NCBI GenBank assembly: GCA_965248355.1
Contig: OZ252098.1
Span: 3,488,001-3,552,000 of the forward strand
Length of the DNA stretch: 64,000 bases
Direction of reading: 5' to 3'
From: Candidatus Latescibacterota bacterium
GTDB lineage: Bacteria > Latescibacterota > UBA2968 > UBA8231
The first letter of the stretch is position 1, and each line of letters starts with the position of its first letter. The translations under genes and the position numbers were made by a program. The notes under the pieces were generated by a model. The model did no database searches, had not been told where the DNA came from, and saw nothing but the letters and a program-made list of their open reading frames with translations. Positions 59,038 through 64,000 of the stretch are shown piece after piece.

Positions 59038-60079
59038 AGTGCTTCCGGTCCTGGTCATGGGCGGCGTGAAGCACCTCTACATCGTGAACGGCCTGGCGGC
59101 TCACCCTCGGTTTGAGCTGGCCGCCCTTACCGACGAGGAAGATGCGCCGGACTGGGTGCACGAACGCAACGAGGCCGCGGCCGCCGCCTTCGGCCTCCCG
59201 TACGAGCGCGGCGTGTCCGCGGCCATCGCCCGCTACCGGCCACGGGTAGCCTGTGTCAGCCCGGAGGTCGGGCGCCACGCAACCCTGAGCGTGAGGGCTG
59301 CCGAGGCGGGGCTGCACATCGTCCAGGACAAGCCCATGGCGCTGACCCTGGCGGAGTGTGACCGTGTGGTGGCGGCCGTGGAAGAGGCGGATGTGCGGTT
59401 CCTCATGTGGAACCGGAACACCTTCCCCTCCATCCTGCAGGCGTGCGAGGTCCTGGCCGGCGGCGGCATCGGAGATCCCCGCGCCGTCCACGTGGACTTC
59501 TTCTTCGCCAAGGATGCCGGTGTCCTGCTGGGCTCCGGCGAGCCGGAGGAGATCCCGGCCGGCCAGGAGGTCCTCGGAGAGCTGACCGTCGAGGGGATCT
59601 ACCCCATGGCCTACATCCACGGGCTCCTGGGCGTCCCCGTGCGGCGCGTCTTCGCCCGCACCACCGCCCACTTCTTCCAGCGCCACGCAGACCGCGGCGT
59701 GGAGGACCTGGCCTCGGTGACCTTGGAGATGGAGGACGGGACCCTGGGCTCCGTGTGCATCGGCCGCATCGGGGAGCCCGCTCACCCCAACATCGGCGAG
59801 CTGCGGCTGCACATCCTGGGAACCAGGGGAGCCCTCGTCCTAGCCGAGCCCCGGCCCGAGGTCTCGGTCTATGCCAGGGCACTCAAACCCGAGGACCACC
59901 GCCAGCGGCGAGTGGGCGTCGACTACGAGCGCCGCCTCCTGGACGACTTTGCCCGGGCCATCGACACCGGGTCCGACACCCTGGTGACCGCCCGCGACAG
60001 CCGGGCCATCGCCGCCACCGTGCTCGCCGCCGTCGAGTCAGGGCGGACCGGGCGGGCTGTGGATGTGCCGCGGGGTTGA
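59024..60079 (+). CDS. Gfo/Idh/MocA oxidoreductase
   Basis: AGLHIVQDKPM, VED.A and C-terminal AAVESGRTG. Confidence 0.8.
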   Translation: MTSPEVLPVLVMGGVKHLYIVNGLAAHPRFELAALTDEEDAPDWVHERNEAAAAAFGLPYERGVSAAIARYRPRVACVSPEVGRHATLSVRAAEAGLHIVQDKPMALTLAECDRVVAAVEEADVRFLMWNRNTFPSILQACEVLAGGGIGDPRAVHVDFFFAKDAGVLLGSGEPEEIPAGQEVLGELTVEGIYPMAYIHGLLGVPVRRVFARTTAHFFQRHADRGVEDLASVTLEMEDGTLGSVCIGRIGEPAHPNIGELRLHILGTRGALVLAEPRPEVSVYARALKPEDHRQRRVGVDYERRLLDDFARAIDTGSDTLVTARDSRAIAATVLAAVESGRTGRAVDVPRG

Positions 60080-60136
60080 CCTCCGCCGGTATGTGTAATA
60101 TGTATACACAGACTCACAAGGAAGGCGGAGGTAAGG

Positions 60137-60412
60137 ATGGCCAGGGTTCAACTCGTGATCCCCGATGAGGACCGTGATCACTTCGTCCATCAGGCGCGGA
60201 GCGAGGGCATGACCCTGAGCGCCTGGCTCAGGACCGCTGCACGCCAGCGCCTCGAAGAGCAGCAGAGATCCCACCCCTTCGAATCCCCGGATGATGTCGA
60301 GGGGTTCTTCCGCGCCTGCGATGCATTGGAAGGCCCCGGGGGGGAACCGGATTGGGAGCAGCACCTGGCCGTCATCGACGAATCGCGAAGACGGGACGCA
60401 TCCGGCACGTGA
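60137..60412 (+). CDS. RHH-type antitoxin
   Basis: ARSEGMTLSAWLR; GTGA overlap with the PIN gene. Confidence 0.78.
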   Translation: MARVQLVIPDEDRDHFVHQARSEGMTLSAWLRTAARQRLEEQQRSHPFESPDDVEGFFRACDALEGPGGEPDWEQHLAVIDESRRRDASGT

Positions 60413-60801
60413 TCTTCGTGGATACGAACGTCTTCATGTACGCCGTGGGCCGTCCCCATCCCCTCCGCGATCCGGCGCGGGAGTTCTTCAGCGAGTGCAT
60501 CCGCTCCCGCACCCCTCTGTGTACCTCGGCTGAGGTGCTGCAGGAACTCGCCCACGCCTACCTGCCCGTTGCACGGAAGCAGACCCTCGACGCGGCTCTG
60601 TCGTTGATCGCCAAGTCCCGGGTGGAGGTGTGGCCCCTGGAACAGGAGGACGTCGTCCTGGCGCGCCAACTCCACGAGCAGCATCCCACCCTTGGCGCCC
60701 GGGACCTCTGCCACCTGGCCAGTTGCCGCCGCCGCGGCATCAGGGACGTCCGGACCTTCGATCAGGCCCTCGGGGTCGTCCTCGGAGGGATGGCACGGTA
60801 A
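60409..60801 (+). CDS. vapC: PIN-domain toxin
   Basis: FVDTNV, EVLQE, ARDLCHLA and TFD. Confidence 0.88.
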   Translation: MIFVDTNVFMYAVGRPHPLRDPAREFFSECIRSRTPLCTSAEVLQELAHAYLPVARKQTLDAALSLIAKSRVEVWPLEQEDVVLARQLHEQHPTLGARDLCHLASCRRRGIRDVRTFDQALGVVLGGMAR

Positions 60802-60874
60802 GGCGAACTCAGCCGACTGGATGATCGCCGGCGGTTCAGGAAGCAGGCCGGACGGTCGGGACAGCCACACCGCG

Positions 60875-60994
60875 CTACAGCAGCTTGCGGATCCCCTCCA
60901 TGGCTGAGCGCCGGGCGCGGTTTCGGATCAGCGGGCCCGGTCCCCGCGAGGCGGCGGAGAACAAGCTGAGCAGCGAGAGCAGCCTGTACAGCAT
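60875..60994 (-). CDS. Possible small basic peptide (39 aa)
   Basis: MLYRLLSLLSLFSAASRGPGPLIRNRARRSAMEGIRKLL with GC-rich third codon positions; no clear RBS. Confidence 0.4.
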   Translation of the reverse strand: MLYRLLSLLSLFSAASRGPGPLIRNRARRSAMEGIRKLL

Positions 60995-61060
60995 CGTATC
61001 ATGGCTGCCTGTCAGAATAGGGGGGGGATTGCCCGATCCGGGCAGGTTGCATCGTGAGCT

Positions 61061-61136
61061 TGGTGGAGCTGAGGGGAATCGAACCCCTGACCTCCTGAAT
61101 GCCATTCAGGCGCTCTCCCAACTGAGCTACAGCCCC
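61061..61136 (-). tRNA. tRNA-Ala(GGC)
   Basis: GGGGCTGTAGCTCAGTTGGGAGAGCGCCTGAATGGCATTCAGGAGGTCAGGGGTTCGATTCCCCTCAGCTCCACCA: 76 nt, G3:U70 pair, encoded CCA. Confidence 0.97.
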
Positions 61137-61150
61137 CCAGGAAGGCCCAG

Positions 61151-61179
61151 AACGTAACCCCCGCCTGTTCTAGCGTCAA
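61151..61179 (-). promoter_or_regulatory. Sigma70-like promoter of tRNA-Ala
   Basis: TTGACG-17 nt-TACGTT. Confidence 0.65.
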
Positions 61180-61206
61180 CGGCCGCAGGCACCTGCGGCC
61201 GCTCCC

Positions 61207-61778
61207 TTACTGGTTCAGCGAAATGCCCAGGCCGATGTCGGAGCCGTACTCGTCCCGCTCCGAGGAACTGGGCCCGATGGACAGCAGGGTGAGGACCAGC
61301 CGGGCCCCGGTGGAGGCGTCGTATCCGGAGGCGGTGCGGATGCGAAGCGTCCCCAGGGCCTGGGTGCCGGTCACCGAGGTGGTGAGGCTGGCCCCGAGAA
61401 CCCGCAACTCCGCACCGGTTACCACCACCCCGTTCGGAACCGGGGTGACGAAAGGCGTCTCCAACGTGGCCTCGGCGTTGGCCAGGTCGAAGGCGGCCGG
61501 GGGCTCGGCTTCCAGCCTTATGTCGAACTGGCGCACTTGGTCGGCGCCGTCGACCTCGAAGGTGAGGGTGATCTCCTGCCCGGGTCCCGAGGCATCGAGG
61601 CCCTCCCCGACGATGCGGAAGCGCTCCGCGAAGGAGCCGGACAAGTCGGCCGTCAGGCGCAGGCCCGCCTCCCCGACCGGGGCGATGACCTCTACGGGGC
61701 TGGAGGGGTTGGCCTTGGGATCCTCTTCGGAGCAGGCGGACAGCCGGCGAGGCTTGCGAGGGCGAATCGAAGCAACAC
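61207..61778 (-). CDS. Putative lipoprotein with apparent frameshift in the signal peptide
   Basis: RBS AAGGAG + GTG gives MLLRFALASLAG; the adjacent frame continues LSAC-SEEDP into a beta-rich domain. Confidence 0.55.
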
Positions 61779-61847
61779 GGAATGCTCCTTGCTCGGTCCA
61801 CTGCACTTCCGGCAAGAAGATCGCCAGCCAACCCCGGACTGGCAAAG

Positions 61848-62645
61848 TCAGCGGCAGGCCCTCCCGACCGACCACGAAGGCGTTGCGCCGAGTTGGTGGT
61901 GGGTGCGCAGATGCACGCCCATGCGCAGGCTGCGGACCCCGGCCCCCAGGCCGAAGCCGTACTGGCGCGGCCGGTCGAGCCCGTCCAGCGTCATCGCCGC
62001 TCGTCCCCCGAGGGGCAGAGTCAGACCCACCTCCGGCCGGGCGGCCGTGCCCCGCCAGCGGACCCCCAGGGAAAGGGTGCCCTCCGGGCCCTCGTGGCGC
62101 AGTCCCACCGAAACCCTCCGCTCCAGCAGGTCCCCCGAGGCGCCGTGCCACCACCCCTCCACCTGCCATCCGCCAATGGCGCCGGCGCGGACCCCCAGGA
62201 CCGGCACCCGTGCTCGCCAGGCCGGCTGGCCGGTCCGCGTCAGCCGCACCTCCAGCACCCCGGCGCCGAGGTCCAGCCCGCGGGTCAGGGAAGCGGCCAC
62301 CCCCGCCAGGATCGCCTGCTCCCGGTGCTGAGGAGGCCCGCGAACGGCCAGTCCGAAGCCGGTCCGTGCCCGACCGATGCCGGGGGCCGCTACGAGAAGG
62401 TTGTGGCCGGCCAGCTCCTGCAGCCCGAAGGGGCGGTCGTGGCCGACATGTCCGCAGACGGCGGCCGTGGCCGAGGCCAACCGGGCGGGGTTGGCCCCCA
62501 GCCGCTCCGGTGCCGCCAGCGGATCGGCGAAGGGACCCCGCTCAAAGGCGCCGCCGGCCACCGCCGCGGTGCCGAGCAGCAGCGCACCGATCCACAGCGG
62601 AACGCGGGGCGAGAGAAATGGGCAGGGGGCCACGGGGGAGGCCAT
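61848..62645 (-). CDS. Hypothetical exported/outer-membrane protein
   Basis: Signal-like segment, NPARLA, RPFGLQEL and HHQLGAT with alternating beta-strand pattern. Confidence 0.55.
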   Translation of the reverse strand: MASPVAPCPFLSPRVPLWIGALLLGTAAVAGGAFERGPFADPLAAPERLGANPARLASATAAVCGHVGHDRPFGLQELAGHNLLVAAPGIGRARTGFGLAVRGPPQHREQAILAGVAASLTRGLDLGAGVLEVRLTRTGQPAWRARVPVLGVRAGAIGGWQVEGWWHGASGDLLERRVSVGLRHEGPEGTLSLGVRWRGTAARPEVGLTLPLGGRAAMTLDGLDRPRQYGFGLGAGVRSLRMGVHLRTHHQLGATPSWSVGRACR

Positions 62646-62748
62646 GCAAGTCCCGGGCCACGCCTTCTCCTCGAGGGCCTCCGCCGGCCCCGGTCACGAC
62701 GGTGTCACCCGGTGCACACGGCCCTGGGGCCTGGGAGACCCGTTCCCC

Positions 62749-63522
62749 TCAGGCGGCGGCCCCCTTGCGCACGGTGAAGCGGTCCTCGTACTCGCCGCGG
62801 CGGAAGCGCTCCAGGTCGAGGTCGCCGGGCACGTAGTGCCAGGCCGTGGAATAGCGGGTTCGCTCCGGGTCGTCGTTGTCGGCGGTGCCGTGCAGGAGGT
62901 TGGCCGAGAACAGGACCACCGTCCCCGCGCGGACGGCCAGGTCCACGGCGCGGGCCTCGTCGACCTGGGTCCAGGAGCCGTGCATGCCCTGCTCCCGCTG
63001 GTGATCGACGATGACGGCCTCGTGGTGGCTGCCGGGGACAACCCGCAGGCAGCCGTTGCGCCGGTCGGCGTCCTGCAGATAGATGCCGCAGGACAGGATC
63101 CGCCGGGAGTTGGTGCCGAAGTAGAAGCTGTCCTGGTGCCAGTGGGTGGAGGTTCCGCCGCCCGGGAGCTTGGGGAAGAACTTGGTGCCGAAGACATCCA
63201 CCTCCCCGGAGCCGAGCAGCTCGGCGGCCCGGTCGACGATGGCGGGCTCACCGGCCAGGTCGAGGATCCTCGGCTCGGCGACGCAGACGCCCTGCACCTT
63301 GTGCAGCAGTCCCGGCAGGGGCCGGCCGTCACCGTCCAGCTCCAGGCTGAAATGCCCTTCCGGCTCGCTCAGGGCGCGGCCTCGTGCGACCAACTCGTCG
63401 AGCACCGACTGGTAGTGGGCGAGTCGCGCCCCTTTCAGCAGACCCTCGAAGACCAGGTACCCGCGGTCGCGAAACTCCTGCCTCTCGGCTTCGGTGAGCA
63501 CCGGCAGACCTCCCTTCTTCAT
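62749..63522 (-). CDS. PhyH-family dioxygenase
   Basis: FRDRGY, WHQD, NGCLRVVPGSH and LLHG. Confidence 0.88.
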   Translation of the reverse strand: MKKGGLPVLTEAERQEFRDRGYLVFEGLLKGARLAHYQSVLDELVARGRALSEPEGHFSLELDGDGRPLPGLLHKVQGVCVAEPRILDLAGEPAIVDRAAELLGSGEVDVFGTKFFPKLPGGGTSTHWHQDSFYFGTNSRRILSCGIYLQDADRRNGCLRVVPGSHHEAVIVDHQREQGMHGSWTQVDEARAVDLAVRAGTVVLFSANLLHGTADNDDPERTRYSTAWHYVPGDLDLERFRRGEYEDRFTVRKGAAA

Positions 63523-64000
63523 CTATAGCCCCCAGCGGACCGACACGCGGATTCCGGGCGGCCCCGGGTTTGCGGCATCGACCTGGAAATCCTCCAGGTG
63601 GGCGTCGACGTAGGCGTCCAGGGCGGACAGGGTAGCGGTTACGAGATAGAGCAGGACCCGCGTATTGCGTCGGGCGGCGCGATTCTCGTGGTCCTGCGGG
63701 GTGGGTGCGTCTCCCACGCGGGCGCTCTCGACGATGGCGGAGGTGAGCCAGCCGGCGCCGGCACCGGCGAAGAGCAGAGCCTTCAGCCCGTGGCCGGTGG
63801 CGGCCTGGCCCCATCCCGGCAGCACGGCCGAACGCACCAGGACGGCGCGCGGGGAGAGCCGCCCGTCGTCCTGCCGCACGGAGTCGACCGCTGCTTTCGC
63901 CACGGGTCCGGCCTGCCGCACGGAGTCGGCCTCGGCCTTCATCGCAGGTGCGGACTCCTGGGCGCCAACCGGCAGCGTCGTCAGCAGCAGCACCAGGACT
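63523..64000 (-). CDS. DUF5683-like membrane protein (5' end outside window)
   Basis: SPRAVLVRSAVLPGWGQ and LDAYVDAHL. Confidence 0.75.
   Translation of the reverse strand, partial: VLVLLLTTLPVGAQESAPAMKAEADSVRQAGPVAKAAVDSVRQDDGRLSPRAVLVRSAVLPGWGQAATGHGLKALLFAGAGAGWLTSAIVESARVGDAPTPQDHENRAARRNTRVLLYLVTATLSALDAYVDAHLEDFQVDAANPGPPGIRVSVRWGL

Noticed and set aside
61061..61136. tRNA-Ala as an integration site for an island
   Set aside because: No integrase and no duplicate of the tRNA 3' end was seen in the window
63870..63930. Short direct repeat encoding DSVRQ twice
   Set aside because: Two copies in a low-complexity linker, not an array
1..64000. Genome-wide TGA reassignment as the explanation for in-frame TGAs
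   Set aside because: Many genes end at TGA at their expected C-termini, including ATGA/GTGA overlaps; the in-frame TGAs occur only at CxxC-like positions
1..64000. CRISPR array, rRNA, or selA/selB/selC/selD genes
   Set aside because: None seen; Sec machinery would have to lie outside this window, which remains the main untested condition for the selenoprotein calls

Overview
High-GC bacterial chromosomal window, plausibly an FCB-group organism such as Latescibacterota/Gemmatimonadota (inference from FlgD-Ig C-terminal domains, DUF6029/DUF5683 genes, five PhyH dioxygenases, four Gfo/Idh/MocA genes and an ankyrin protein). Most of it is catabolic and housekeeping genes (amt, hrpA, MscS, ogt, cysH, cysC-sat, tRNA-Ala). 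Four things the ORF track misses stand out. (1) A probable secreted or outer-membrane selenoprotein with a U-V-G-U motif (two in-frame TGA codons, 19987-20655 minus) sits in an operon with a YHS-TlpA thiol oxidoreductase. (2) A second probable selenoprotein, a TlpA-like domain with U-P-F-C fused to a FlgD-type C-terminal domain, lies at 42726-43616. (3) A complete cysteine-sensing ribosomal attenuator (CSCCC leader peptide, antiterminator, intrinsic terminator) precedes the cysH / cysC-sat operon. (4) A type III-like R-M defence operon carries HicBA and MNT-HEPN cassettes, and its AAA ATPase gene is split by three nested IS elements (ISKra4 in IS1380 in IS256), each with intact terminal repeats and target duplications. 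Family assignments are by eye from motifs; no database searches were run.
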